64,000 nt of DNA, taken from assembly GCA_001949185.1 (NCBI GenBank), contig BDGG01000010.1, positions 1,435,773-1,499,772 of the forward strand. Reading direction: 5' to 3'. Positions 1 to 25,534 of this stretch are shown one piece after another. Made by a program: the position numbers and the translations under genes. The stretch's first letter is position 1, and the number at the start of each line of letters is the position of its first letter. Source of the DNA: Ramazzottius varieornatus (taxonomy: Eukaryota > Animalia > Tardigrada). The notes under the pieces were generated by a model. The model did not search any database, was not told the DNA's origin, and saw only the letters and a list, made by a program, of their open reading frames with translations.

Positions 1-310
1 TTCATTGTTTCGGGGATTAGATTTTGTCGAACAAAACTGAACGTTCGTGATGGGTGGCATGGTAATGGAAAAGTCCTCGGGTTAACTTCTTGCAATGCTC
101 GAAGCGATGTTCGATCCAACATGACTGTATGTTATTATTGAGGTCTCTAATGACCATTTAGACGTTCGTCAGCACTGAGTTTGCTTGTTTCTCCGTTTGG
201 GTTCTTCACCAACATGTGAGGAAGTTCGCATATCATCAAATGTTGCGGACGCGGTATTCCGTCTGCAGAATGTGGTAACTGATGTCCTTTTTTTCTTTGT
301 TGTTGAGCAG

Positions 311-11456
<11,146 letters not shown>

Positions 11457-13505
11457 GCAAACGGGAATGTCGGTGCGGATGTGGAAGAGTGGAGGAGATG
11501 GCTTTCATACTCATACTTAATCTGTGATGAACTCTTGATTCTTGGTGGAACTTTCTTCTCTTGTGATCCGTTTTCGTGGTTGTTACTTCAATCTATAAGC
11601 GACTTTCTTTCTGGTTGGCTAGCATAGCACAATGTGTTTCTCTAAACCGAGTGTTTTCGTACGTATTCTCTTGCAAGGACAAGCAAAATCATTCTCTCCG
11701 AGTATTCTTTGCTATGATGAGACGCATCGTACGGTTCGTACCGTCAGTGTTCAAGAAACTTGGGCTGGTTCCTCTTACTGCAGTGTAATTGTAAGAACCT
11801 GCATCACCGACATCTTCCGTCTCTGATCCGACTGCATTAGCTTAGCGACCTCTTCATGTTTAACGTTTCGTATACTGTGCAGTGCTCGTGGCTGAGCATC
11901 ACAGCTCTGAGAGACTGCTGCAGAACAAGTTCTGCTAAACTGTAAACGCAAGGATCTGAAAGAGCAACCTCACTGTAAAAAGAGACATCCCTAAAAATTT
12001 TGTGTGAAGCCATACTGTACCGACCACCCAGATGAGCAAGCTTTACGACAGACCTGACCACAGAATTTCAGGAAAGAAGCCGAAATGATCATCGGAAAAC
12101 CAACGGAACTTCGAAAGAACATGGCAGACATGAAAGACAAGTTGTTCAGATGCAAAGTTGCAAGACTGTTCGCGATTCGAGAAACGTGGTAAGCTTCAGC
12201 GACGGCGGATCGATGCGGGGCACGCACTGACTTCCAAACTTGATTCAAGCCATGCTTGCTTTCGTAACATGTGGCACATCCGCTTATCGACATGGAGCAT
12301 GCTTTCGGGTACTTCCTGAATATAAATGATAAATATATGAAATTATCCATAATTTTTATTTAGATATTAATACTAGGTTCTCCTGGAGTCAGTTGTGCGA
12401 AAACGTAGTTTTCAAAGATGAATTTAGGCTGTCAAAAACTCGAAAAAATGCAGGCTGCCGTGGTAAAGAACCCGAGGAGACTACGCCCATATTTGTACTT
12501 CAGCTTGAAGTTGACAGTGCACTAGAATAATTAGCGAAAAATCACCGTTTTCGAAAATTCCAAACTAAATTTTCCTTCATAATATCGAAAAATAATCAGG
12601 GAAAGCTATCTCGTTCGAAAAATTTCATAATTATGCTTGGAACCCCTATTTCGACGCTGTTTTCCCAAAAAGGTCCTTGAAGAGCTTTTTTCCGATTCGC
12701 CAGTTCGGTCTCAGCGAACCTTGCCGCTTATCTTCCCTCTTACTGAAAGTTTCGCCCCAACTTTACGTACAGTTAATAGAGAAATATTTTCTGTATACAG
12801 ACCACTTTTCAAACTTGGAAAAACTTCAAAATCACAAAAACTGGACGCGGAAAACCAACGAGGAAGGAGGTGATCATCTCGTGACGTCAAGCTCGAGCAA
12901 AGTTTTCGAGCAACTTTGATCGTCCTCCGAATATCGGCATTCCCGTTCTCCCACTTGCGCACCAAATTCCGAAATTCTTCTTGGTAAGAGTACATAAAAA
13001 TCATTTTTTAACCGATTGGCCGTTCTGGAATTTCAGAAAACGGTCCAGCCGTTCCGAAACGGGAAATTGTTGTTGTGGCGATGATCGTTTTCAAGCTGAA
13101 AATCTCCAGAAAGTCTGCGAGACCGAAGCTATCAGCTGAGGAAGGCGTGGCTACAGGCTATTCGCCTGCCTTGTGCTCTACCTTTGCCAAGGCTTGATTG
13201 GTTTGCTGGGAGTCGTTTTGATGTATATTACGATGCAGTAGGGTGGTTGCGTCTACTAGTCAAAGCAAACCGTACCGGAAGCTTACTCGGGTGGAAGCGT
13301 CGCGTGCAAAACCGCCAATGTACTGACTGCTCGTATATAAGGGAACTAACGGCGCACATGTTTCAGCCATAAGCGAGATTCAGTTTGCCAGTTTGTTCAT
13401 TCCGTGCTAACGCTCACTCGCGTTTCTTTCTTCACCCATCCGTTCTTAACCTTTTGTCCAAGGCTTTACTCCCAGCGTTTGTCTCCCGTTTTCTCTACAG
13501 GAAAA

Positions 13506-14959
13506 ATGTCTGAAGCTGCCACTGCTACCAAGGCGTCGACGCCAAAGAAGTCGCCCGGAAAGTCGGGCGGTGGACGAGGAGGCCAAAAGGGAGGCTCATC
13601 GGCCAGCAAGAAGCAGTCACCAACTGCTGCCAGCAAACAAGGCTCCAACAAAGGCAACATGTCCTCCACCAGCCATCCCAAATACTCCGAGATGGTCGCT
13701 CATGCCATCGCCGAGCTGAAGGGACGCACGGGATCCTCCCGACAAGCCATCCTCAAATACATGCTTGCAAACTTTAATTTAGGACAAGATGCCAAAGCTG
13801 TCAATACTCAACTTAAAGCAGCGCTGAAGCGTGGTATCACATCGGGTGCCTTCAAGGTAAGAAATTCCAACCGGCCAGTTTTCTACGATTTTCCTTGTTT
13901 AATTTCGAAAATCAACTAACGCTGTGCTTCTTTGTTTCAGCAATCCAAAGGCTCGGTAAGCAAATCTTGTCCTCGCTAATGCATTTCGCGTGATCGATAG
14001 ACGATCGTGGTAACGTCAAACTGGTGACTGTTGGTCTCCGTTAAACGACGTTTTCCCGAACGGTTAACTGATACATGTTCCACGTTGAGCTGACTGTCTA
14101 ACGCCATCTTTGTCTTCTGCAGGGTGCTTCGGGATCATTCCGTGTCAACGCTGAAAGCAAAGGTAGCAAGAGCCGAAGTGGTGGAACCAAGAAGAAGAAC
14201 ACCAACAAGAAGACCAGCGGTGACGACGGTGACAACCAAGGCGCCAAGGCTTCTTCACCTTCCAAGGCTTCCTCACCGTCAAAGGCAAGCTCTCCAGCCA
14301 AAGGAGGGGCCAGCGCTGGCGGTTCAGGTGGTGGCAAGAGCGGTTCCAGAGCGGGAGGTGCCTCCAAGTCTGGCGGTGGGTCCGCATCCAAGTCCTCGGG
14401 TGGAGGAGCAGCCAAGAAGGGTGCTTCGCGAGCTGGAGGAAGGTCCACATCGTCGGTTAGTGCCAAAGCATCCTCGCCATCCAAGACGACCACCAAGACA
14501 CAGAGCAAAAAGCCCACAAAGTCATCAACGAGCGGCGGCGCCTCGGCTGCAGCAGGTAAGAGTTCTGCTTCGTCCACAGGTGGTGGTAACAAGTCTTCGG
14601 CATCCTCTGCTGGTGGCGGCGGCAAGTCCTCGGGAGGTGCCTCCAAGGCCCAGGGTGTGAGCAAGAAGAAGGCCGCAAGCGGCGCGGCTAAGACAAAGTC
14701 CACAGGAGGAGCCTCTTCCAAGGGCTCTTCGGGTGGAGGAGCAGCATCGAAAGCCTCTTCCGGCAAAGGCTCACCCAAGTCCAAAGCTGCCTCATCTTCC
14801 TCTTCTAGAGGAGCAGCTTCCAAAGGTGGAGCGACCAACAAGTCCGGTGGAAGCAAGGCTTCGTCGGGCAGCGCCAAGAAGAGCACAGGGGGAAGCAAGC
14901 GAGGTGGCGGTGGTAAGGCGGGAAAGGCGGGCAGCAACGCAGGCGGCAGTTCCTCGTAA
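13506..14959 (+). CDS. Linker histone H1/H5-family protein (~400 aa) with an extended S/A/G/K-rich C-terminal tail; exons 13506-13856, 13941-13955, 14123-14959
   Basis: H15 globular domain HPKYSEMVAHAIAELKGRTGSSRQAILKYMLANF...QLKAALKRGITSGAFK|QSKGS|GASGSFRV. Splice sites are canonical. The tail is open to TAA at 14957-14959. Confidence 0.92.
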
Positions 14960-16131
14960 GAAGCATCCGCACCCTTCCTGTATTCCCCCGCACAAAAGTA
15001 GTATCTTCACATGTAGTATAGTGAAATTTCTCTCTCACGGTTTCAGTATACTATATAGTTAGCTGGTGGCTTTCCGCTGTATTTTTACTTTGAGGTCAGT
15101 GTTGTTTCCCTCGCCTTCTTGTTGTCCTTTTAGTTTTAAGTTTTGTGCTTTGGACTAAAGTGAAGTATGAGTTAGAGCTAAGCTGCCTTGATGGATAGAT
15201 TCGACAATAATTCTTAGGTTATTTACTCTAATGATAGCTGAATATTTTCTCTTGTACATCGTCGACGGTCTTGCTCTGGTCAAACTGTACATAAACATGT
15301 TATCCTCCGCCATCCCAACGCTTGTGTCCGAAATATCCGCCAAATATCGTTACATCTCATCCGTGCCTTGACATGGGAGGTTCTTCTTTGAGGAGATCAA
15401 AACTGAGAAACGCTGCGAAGTTCGAATACTTTGTGATCTAATTCCCGGTCTTCGGTCGTACGTAACTGGCTTCAAAGCAAATTTCGATCAAACATGGCAG
15501 GTTAGCCGTTGATCACCAATGTTCGTTCTGCATGGGTGTTTATCAAAATTGGATGGTCTTCTTCGTGCTGGGGAACGTATCAGAGTGTTTGGGATGACGG
15601 TAGCACTACGACGTAGTTCCTGAGGGACCGTGAGGAATCTGTGCCATGTGTTTGTCGGAAGTGTCCCGCATGCGTGACTTACGTAATCAGTAAACAACAC
15701 TCCAAGCACGATTTGAAGTACCAGTCGAGAGATGGTGGGAGAGCCTGCATGTGTACAGAGGCGCCATCTTCTGGGGAGCCCGCGATAGCATGGCGCCGCA
15801 TGGATGTTACCTGAAAAGGTAAACAATCTGACTGTTACCCACATCTGACATCTCCGCCTCCGACTGAAACTGAGAAAGTTTAGCCACTTTGCTCTGAAGG
15901 AAATCCAAGCTGTATCGGCATATTTAGTATCAGGGTTTACACGGAAATTGCCCACCTACTCCTTCTTGCCATCGAGTTCTAGGAGAACTTTCGTCTATAT
16001 ATTGCTGCCGTAGATCTCCGCCAAGCCTCAAGTAAGTGACGAATGTCAAGTTCTTTTCCGTGGTTCCGACAGATCCCTTTATTACCGATACTTTTCTGGG
16101 GTTCGTGATACAAGAGACTTGCCTTACAGGC

Positions 16132-16498
16132 ATGACTCTAAAGGAAATCGTCGTCGTGGTCCTGTGCTTCTTCATCCCGCCGTTGGCCGTGGCCATTCAA
16201 CAGGTGGGTGTCCCCTCATCCCGGGATATTCCACAAGTATAGTCTAGTTGAGTTGTGAGGTGATTGGTTTGATTGTGATCAGGATGGCATACGAAAAGAC
16301 TTCTGGATAAACCTGCTGCTTACCATCTTAGCCTTCGTCCCAGGTAATGTCAGCTCGGTGGGACTTCGATACTCGTCTGTATTCCCTGACATTTTCTCTG
16401 TTTCTTTACGTACAAGTGAGCTTTCTTCTGGTAACGATTCTTTTGGGCTTTCAGGCGTCATCCATGCACTTTGGGTTGTCTGCTCGTCTCCAGCTTGA
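16132..16498 (+). CDS. Pmp3/RCI2/YqaE (UPF0057) small membrane proteolipid, 58 aa; exons 16132-16203, 16283-16343, 16455-16498
   Basis: Spliced product MTLKEIVVVVLCFFIPPLAVAIQQDGIRKDFWINLLLTILAFVPGVIHALWVVCSSPA matches the family pattern PPLAV...FWINLLLT.L..PG.IHA.W. Confidence 0.9.
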
Positions 16499-17672
16499 TA
16501 CCTCGGAACGAAAAGATGTCGAGAAGGCTCACCGCAGTCTGGACCCGGAAGCAATGGGTCCAGCTCCGTCTTTGTGAACTTCCAGCAGCTTACTTACGAT
16601 GAAGCCTGTCCGTCTATTCTTCGCAAACAGCAATGTTTGAGGAACGTTTCCTATCGCGAAATCTTTCGTTTTATATCCGTTGATTTTTTTCCGTGCTCTT
16701 TTTGTTTTAATCAGCGTTACGGTTAGTATGTTAGTCACTTCGTAGTTTCTGTGAGTCGATGTAGACCTCCATTCTCGGTGCGTTTGGTTCTCTTACATGT
16801 CGGCGTAAAATCTCAAATCATGTCTGTGTTCACTCATGACGAAGGACTTCTCGAGTCTAGGTTTTGCAAGACTAACAGGATCTGAGATCACAGCAATCAT
16901 AGGTTCTTGGGTGAAGATCCACAAGCGCTCCCCTACACGTGTACTACGGAACACGTACTGACCGTGCAGTCAATCAAACCATCTTGACCTAAGGGCGGTT
17001 ACGTCATATCGTGCACCCTCGGGGCGTAGATAGCCTATGACGTCACTTCCGGAACGTGGTCCACTTTGTGTCATTTGAATTCAGATTCAGAAACTGGACC
17101 ATTCTTTCCTTGGCAAGTCTCGCTCTCACGGCCTCACCTTACTCTTCAATCACCACAGTGTCTTGATCTGTTGGTGCACAAACGGGTGCACACCTGGACG
17201 AGAGCCCCTCGACGAAGAAGCCAAGGATATCTGCGTCACCCTCGCACAAGATAAGAATTTCCTGTCGACATTTAAGGATAGCGAGTGTCTCTGCTCCACT
17301 TCAACAGGCGTCCGGGACACGTTGCATAGGAATCTGTATTGTCTGATAACGGTGAGTACGGTGCCCCAGGTGACGATAATTGACGTTAACCAAACTGGTG
17401 TGTAAGAAGTTGTGGCGAGCAGCGATCAGTTAGACCGAAGTGGAAACAGTTAAGCTGTAATTAAGATGACGTGGAGGCATATGAACTGTTCTGCTCCAGT
17501 TATCCTGCTTCTCGACTTTGCTGACGACCTTTGAGTGGCTCGGAGAAACGATGGAATAAACCGCAGCATTCTTGGTTTCAGGTTTGTCGAGCGGAGGATT
17601 GCTGGAGGGATTCCCCGAGGGTTTCTATGGCCACATTGACTCAGCGGCGAATGAAGCTTCCACTGCGCGCTC

Positions 17673-19275
<1,603 letters not shown>

Positions 19276-20119
19276 ACTTTAGAGTGGAAGTTTCTTTCGT
19301 AAATCTTTTCCTTATTTACTTCCTTGTTGCTTTTATTTGTAGTACGATATATCTAACATACATAGTCTTGACGGTTATTCTTGCGTAAATTATTCTGCAG
19401 CTTGTACTTGATCATGTGGAGAGCTTCTAATCAAAATGGATGTACTTCAGAGTAGTGTTTCTGCTGACAGGTTGCGGCTGTCGCGCTTTGAAGACCTCTG
19501 ATACGTGTGGGGTGTTTTGATACAGCTCTGTTCTTTGATTGTTTGTGCTCATGTGTTTTTATTATTGTCTTGTCTTCGTCACCTTTTCCTTGGGAATGTA
19601 AGACATACCTTGAACGCACCTTGGTTGTTGGTTCAGGCACACAGGTTTGGCTAATAGGTTTAAGTCATTTGATTCTTCCAGAAACAGTTCTCATGCATAC
19701 GATCACAGCGCTCACTGCTCAGCGATTGACAGCGAATCAACTCAATCGAGCGATGCGTTCGCCAATCAAGCGAACAACAGGCACAGCGTGGCCACGCCTC
19801 GTTGTTTATGATTTTACGAAAATACGAAAATGTTTCCGTCGGTTCTCTCGTTCTTTTCTTCGGCTTCCTCTTCCAGATCTTCTCTCCTTTCGACGGTGCG
19901 GCCTGAACCAACACCACCCTCGCGAAACTCGCGTTTCTCTATCTGTGAGGACACCGCAACTGTGCCTATATCACATCCTCTTGGCATTTCGTTCAAAGTC
20001 ATCGGAAAACTGTTTGAGGACGGCAATCAGCTGTAGCTAGGTACTGTATAGGCTAATACTACTTGTTCCATTGTCCTTATCTGTTTGAGTGTTTCTAACA
20101 GGCTGAGTTCTCCTCAGAG

Positions 20120-21606
20120 ATGGCCTCGACTACTTCCGTGACGGCTCCGAATTTCCAAGGGATGGATGTGTTTTGGGCGTCGGTGAAGCCTCAGATTCAA
20201 AATCGACACGAAACTGCTTTGGCTATCACTCACTGGATCATCATTAGCAATGGATACCACTGCATCGGCCAAGAAAAAGAGGTGCGTTCCTCCTAGACTG
20301 ACACCGTTAAGGACATTTGAAGGTGGCGTTGTGCGTTCTACTGCGCTGAATTATTGGCTAATATGTTCGATGCTTGGTTGGAGGTTGAAACAAGACATGA
20401 TTACATACTTCGGTATACCGTATACCGTATAACGTGGTTTTCCTTATTACTGCTAATTACATTATAGATCCCATCTAACGAGAACGAGACGCGCACAGGT
20501 TCGGAATTGCTCCCTGAGAAGTGGAACGACCGTAGCGAAGGATTCTACTCGCTCCTGTATACTTATCCGAAAGAGCCCAAAAAGATGTTTCTGCTAAAGC
20601 TGGTTCCCGGAGCTAGCATTACTGACGCTTCCATCTTCGGACAACTTCAGGTTCGTGTTCTTTCTAATACTTGATCTCAAAACAATGGTTTTCTTACTTG
20701 ATCTCAAGAGAATGGTTTTCTTAGATCCCGAAAGAGGATGTGGTGACATTCGAGCTCAACTCTAATACATTCATACCGGACGACTGGCAGTCTTCCTCAT
20801 CTCCTAGGTGTGCCGAGTACTACATAATTATCCCTCGTGAGCTTAGCTGATACATATGTTACTCTCTTCTAGGTCGTTCCCCGAGTTCAAAGCTCTGGCG
20901 GACTTTGTACAGAAAGAGATCATCTCTAAACTGAAGACTTCAGTTGGTTCAGCTGGATCGACCGGAAGTGATAGCCGAAAGCTTCCATCCGCTCCTTCCG
21001 GGTTCGTCCCTCTCCAGCCACCGTCTCAGCGTCCCATACCGTTCATGCCGGATCCAATGGCTGGTCCGCCACTGCGCGAATTCGTGCCTCCTAGGTGAGT
21101 ACCAATGTGTTTGGTAGACTGGCTATTCAGACCACTCTAACGTTTTACTTTTACTTATCATAGTGCGACCACTAACCCGTTTGCCCTTGGAAGCCGTGAT
21201 CTGGATCCTTTCGGGGGTATGGGCGGTAACGTCATGGGTCCGGGAAACTTCCCGTAAGTTATAAACTAAGTTACTTTGTTGTTTTGGAACATCGGCTTCA
21301 AGGTAGTTTTGTGTTCATCAGGGGAATCTCGCCGATGGGAGGTATGCCGATAAGGCCTAATCGGTTTGACCCGATGGTCCCACCTGGCGTTGGATCCGGA
21401 TTTGTTCCTGCTTATGGTCCTGTGTTGGGACCTGGCGGTCGTGTTCGGCCGGCTCCTCGACTCCCTGGAGAGTGAGTATCACATCCGTAAATGTGTTCCG
21501 TACAGAATTTCAGGTGTTTTCGAACCTTTTCTTTTTCAGGCCAGACCCCGATCACGCACGCCCAATGCCACCTCCCGGAGATGATCCCAGCAACATGTTC
21601 ATGTAG
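20120..21606 (+). CDS. PSMF1: Proteasome regulator PI31 (PSMF1), multi-exon
   Basis: N-terminal FP domain (HWIIISNGYHCIG; GSELLPEKWNDRSEGFYSLLY). Pro-rich C-terminus with LGSRDLDPFGG, RFDPMVPP, GPDPDH...PPPGDDPSNMFM*. TAG at 21604-21606. Confidence 0.88.
20668..20721 (+). repeat. 27-bp direct duplication in a PI31 intron next to the acceptor
   Basis: TACTTGATCTCAAAACAATGGTTTTCT followed by TACTTGATCTCAAGAGAATGGTTTTCT. Confidence 0.85.
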
Positions 21607-22641
21607 AAAGGTTTGGGCGGCCCTTCAGCTGTAGCGAAAATCTGGGTACTTCCGGTGTCCATCTGTTTTCATTTTTATGAGTTATCTGTCGTGACTCGCT
21701 ATCTGGATTAATTTTTTTTACCGGAATTATTTTTATCGATGTTTTGAAAAGCCTTATGCCGTTCGCTTACCGTGGGAGAGTTATGTCTCCGTGGAATGTT
21801 AGCCACATGTTTTTTCGTAAACTTCCATAGTTATCAGGCAAGGTTTGCTGATGGTTCCTGGAGGCTCTCACGCACATGTGCACCATGGGTCCATGACCAA
21901 GCGTCGCCCGCGCCCGTTGTTGGCTTTCACATTATAGGTGATGGTGGGATGATCCCTGACTAAATCCATGCATCTCAATGACGGTAGCGACAGTCCGCAG
22001 CACTGATGTACTGCTGGAGCGCGCCTGTGTCGGAGCATGGCAAGCCAAAACGCGCAAGATTACAATGGTAGGCCATAAATTTATCGGAGCCAGGTCTCGT
22101 ATATAGGAAAACTTGGCCTCGAATCGCGGTAGAAGTGCTTTTTCAAATAATGAGCTAACAAGTGTAGTCAATCAACCGAAGTGTAGTTTTGTTTCTTTTT
22201 CATACCCAAGATACGGTGGAGGGTGATTGAATGATCTTACGTTTCGGTCAAATTAACAATCTGGTACCTCACAGAACGGTTACGTCATTACCAAAATCTG
22301 CCCTGCATTATGCTTTGACGCATAACGTCAAGGATACTTTACCGTGTTCTTCCTTCCAGCAACGCGCGCTTCAGCAGCACATCTATGAGGCGGACAGCTC
22401 TGAATCCGTCTGGGTGTAGAGAACGGAAAATCCGTAAGGCCTTCACACACCATGACATTACGCAGTATGCGTGCGAGACACCGAAGCGTTTGCCGAAGCG
22501 TAATTTAACGATGCTGCTGAACGCAGCTGGGTTAATCTAATAACCTTGCGTGTTTTCTCTTTTGTTTCTCCCGGAATCCGGATCCGTTTGGGAAGATCTT
22601 ACTTCTGGTCCATACAGCGGATTGCTGAGCATCATTGGAAG

Positions 22642-25534
22642 ATGTCGGTGCTTCAGAGGCTGACGAGGGCAAGTGAACAACGATGGTATCTTTGTAGTGG
22701 ATGCTTGATACCGTGACGGTGCTAACACTGCTTACTGTGTATAGGCGTCATCGCAATTGTGACACCATAGGAAAATGCTCTCTATCAGTGTGCTTATAGG
22801 TAGTGAAGCAGACAGAACATTTGCATCAGAATGGAAGAAGGTGTGCCCGATCAGCCGTCGCTCGCAGAGAGCAATCCACGAATTCCACTTCGAACAAGAG
22901 ACATCAGGTATGCCTCCCACCTCGCCCGTACGTTCCCTGATTATATACTAGGCTTACGCCTGTTTTGACAGTTAACCAGCCAGTATCCTGTGGTCGATCA
23001 CACATTTGATGCCGTCGTTGTGGGAGCCGGAGGAGCTGGACTTCGCGCTGCGTTTGGCTTGTCTGAACGAGGCTTCAATGTCGCATGTGTCACCAAGCTA
23101 TTTCCTACTCGATCCCATACTGTCGCTGCTCAGGTGAGATTCGTTCTTCGAACCTTAGGTCTGTCGAACTGTCAAGATATGTCGTTGAAGTGGGGGCAGC
23201 TGTTTGGCAAGTGGTGGCTGGTTCTGGTTGATGTAATACTGATCAGGTTTGCTGTTGTTCAGGGTGGTATAAACGCAGCATTGGGCAACATGGAACCAGA
23301 TGATTGGAGATGGCACATGTACGACACCGTGAAAGGTTCCGACTGGTTGGGAGATCAAGATGCCATCCACTATATGACCCAGGAGGCCCCCAAGGCCGTC
23401 ATTGAAGTAAGTCTTACATGGTTTCTTGCAAGTACATACTCGGTTTGTTGCACTCTAGCTGTGGTTATATCGTCTTTCGTTCAGCTTGAAAACTATGGAA
23501 TGCCATTTAGCCGAACCGAAGAAGGGAAGATTTACCAGCGAGCATTCGGAGGACAAAGTTACAAGTACGGAAAGGGTGGACAAGCTCATCGATGTTGCTG
23601 CGTCGCTGATCGTACTGGCCACTCGTTATTACATACTCTCTACGGACGGGTATGTCTTGCATAGCTAACTTCCGGTGCACCAGTTTGAGATCATATATGG
23701 TTAGAGTTGCAACTAAGTCCGATCTCCGTAGTCGTTGAAATACGATTGTAAATACTTCGTCGAATATTTCGCCCTGGATTTACTTATGGAAGACGGTGAA
23801 TGCCGTGGGGTCATCGCCCTCTGTATGGAAGACGGAACTTTGCACAGATTCCGAGCCAAGAACACAGTGTTGGCTACCGGGTATGCTTATCAGATGATGG
23901 TTCTTCAATCATGGTGAGTCGTATTAATGCGGAAGAATTTTTGCAGTGGTTTCGGACGCAATTACTTCTCCTGCACTTCAGCGCATACTTGCACGGGTGA
24001 CGGAAATGCCATGGTCTATCGCGCTGGCTTGGCCAATGAGGATATGGAATTTGTCCAGTTTCATCCTACCGGTTAGTGTACTTGCTGACTGCAATATTCA
24101 TGTCCCAGAGTCGCAGTCATGCCTGATATCTTCGTGCCTGCAGGTATTTACGGAGCCGGATGTCTTATAACCGAAGGATGCCGTGGCGAAGGCGGATATC
24201 TGATCAACAGCGAAGGCGAACGCTTTATGGAACGATACGCACCTACAGCCAAGGATTTAGCTTCTCGCGATGTCGTATCTCGTGCTATGACGATCGAGAT
24301 ACGAGAAGGACGGTAAGCCGTCCCTGAGTGCATCATAATGATCTTCGTTCTGTTAATTACTCCCCATAATACAACGTAATTTATTAATGTTTATTCGATT
24401 TGCAGTGGCGTTGGTAGTGAGAAGGATCACGTCTTCCTGCAACTGTCCCATCTGCCACCGGAGACCCTGGCGAAACGTCTGCCAGGTATCTCGGAGACAG
24501 CCATGGTCTTTGCTGGTGTCGACGTGACGAAGGAACCCATCCCCGTACTGCCCACCGTTCACTACAACATGGGCGGAACTCCCACCAACTACAAGGGTCA
24601 GTGCATATCGTGGGACAGAAGAACCGGAAAGGACACCGTCATCCCCGGACTGTACGCATGCGGTGAAGCTGCCTGTGCGTCAGTCCATGGAGCTAACAGA
24701 CTAGGAGCCAACTCGCTTCTCGATCTGGTCGTGTTCGGCCGAGCTTGTGCGTTGACCATCGCTGAAGAAGACAAACCTGGAGAAAGACTTCCGGAACTTA
24801 AGCCAGTAAGTACAGCGTTTGGTGAACTGGAAAATTGAAGTGTTGATGTGATTTTTTACACAGGATGCCGGTGAATCGTCCGTGGCCAATATTGACCATC
24901 TTCGACACTCCAAAGGCAACACACCAACAGCCCAACTTCGACTAAAGATGCAGAAGTGCATGCAAACCCATGCTGCAGTCTTTCGAACAGGAGAAGTTCT
25001 ACAAGAAGGATGTCGACAGATGGCCGACATCTACGATCAGTCGCACGACCTGAAGGTACGTAGTTCTTAGCTGCAATATGTCGTGATATTTTTGTCTGAT
25101 TTGTCGATCTCTTCGTTGACAGATTTCCGACAAGGGCATGGTATGGAACTCGGATCTGGTCGAAACGCTCGAACTTCAAAACTTGTTGTTGACTGGAGTT
25201 GCCACCATTGTGGGAGCGGAAGCCAGGAAAGAAAGTCGAGGAGCCCATGCCAGAGAGGACTACAAGGTTTGAACATTCTCGTTTGTCGTTCAAGCTGTAG
25301 ACGGTGTCTTGATTGTACCCTGTTGTTCTACAGGAACGAAGCGACGAGTTCGATTATACTAAGCCGCTCCAAGGCCAGCAAAGAAAGCACATAGACCAGC
25401 ACTGGAGGAAGCACACCATGTCTTACGTTGATCCCGCAACCGGAAAGGTGAGCCTAGAGTACCGACCCGTTATTGATGAAACGCTGGATCAGAAGGACTG
25501 CAAGACTGTACCACCAGCAGTTCGCTCGTACTAA
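22642..25534 (+). CDS. SDHA: Succinate dehydrogenase flavoprotein subunit, mitochondrial; multi-exon (first exon inferred)
   Basis: [15 protein letters not shown], covalent-FAD motif [69 protein letters not shown]-terminal VPPAVRSY*. Confidence 0.97.

Noticed and set aside
14098-14937. 279-aa Pro/Leu/Ala-rich minus-strand ORF and overlapping + frames
   Set aside because: Antisense and alternative-frame shadows of the low-complexity H1 tail.
17038-17052. CRE-like TGACGTCA next to ETS-like ACTTCCGG upstream of PI4K2
   Set aside because: Plausible promoter motifs, but they are short and ACTTCCGG also recurs in introns; not supportable from sequence alone.
19431-20040. Several overlapping ORFs between PI4K2 and PI31
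   Set aside because: No motifs; consistent with UTR and promoter sequence.
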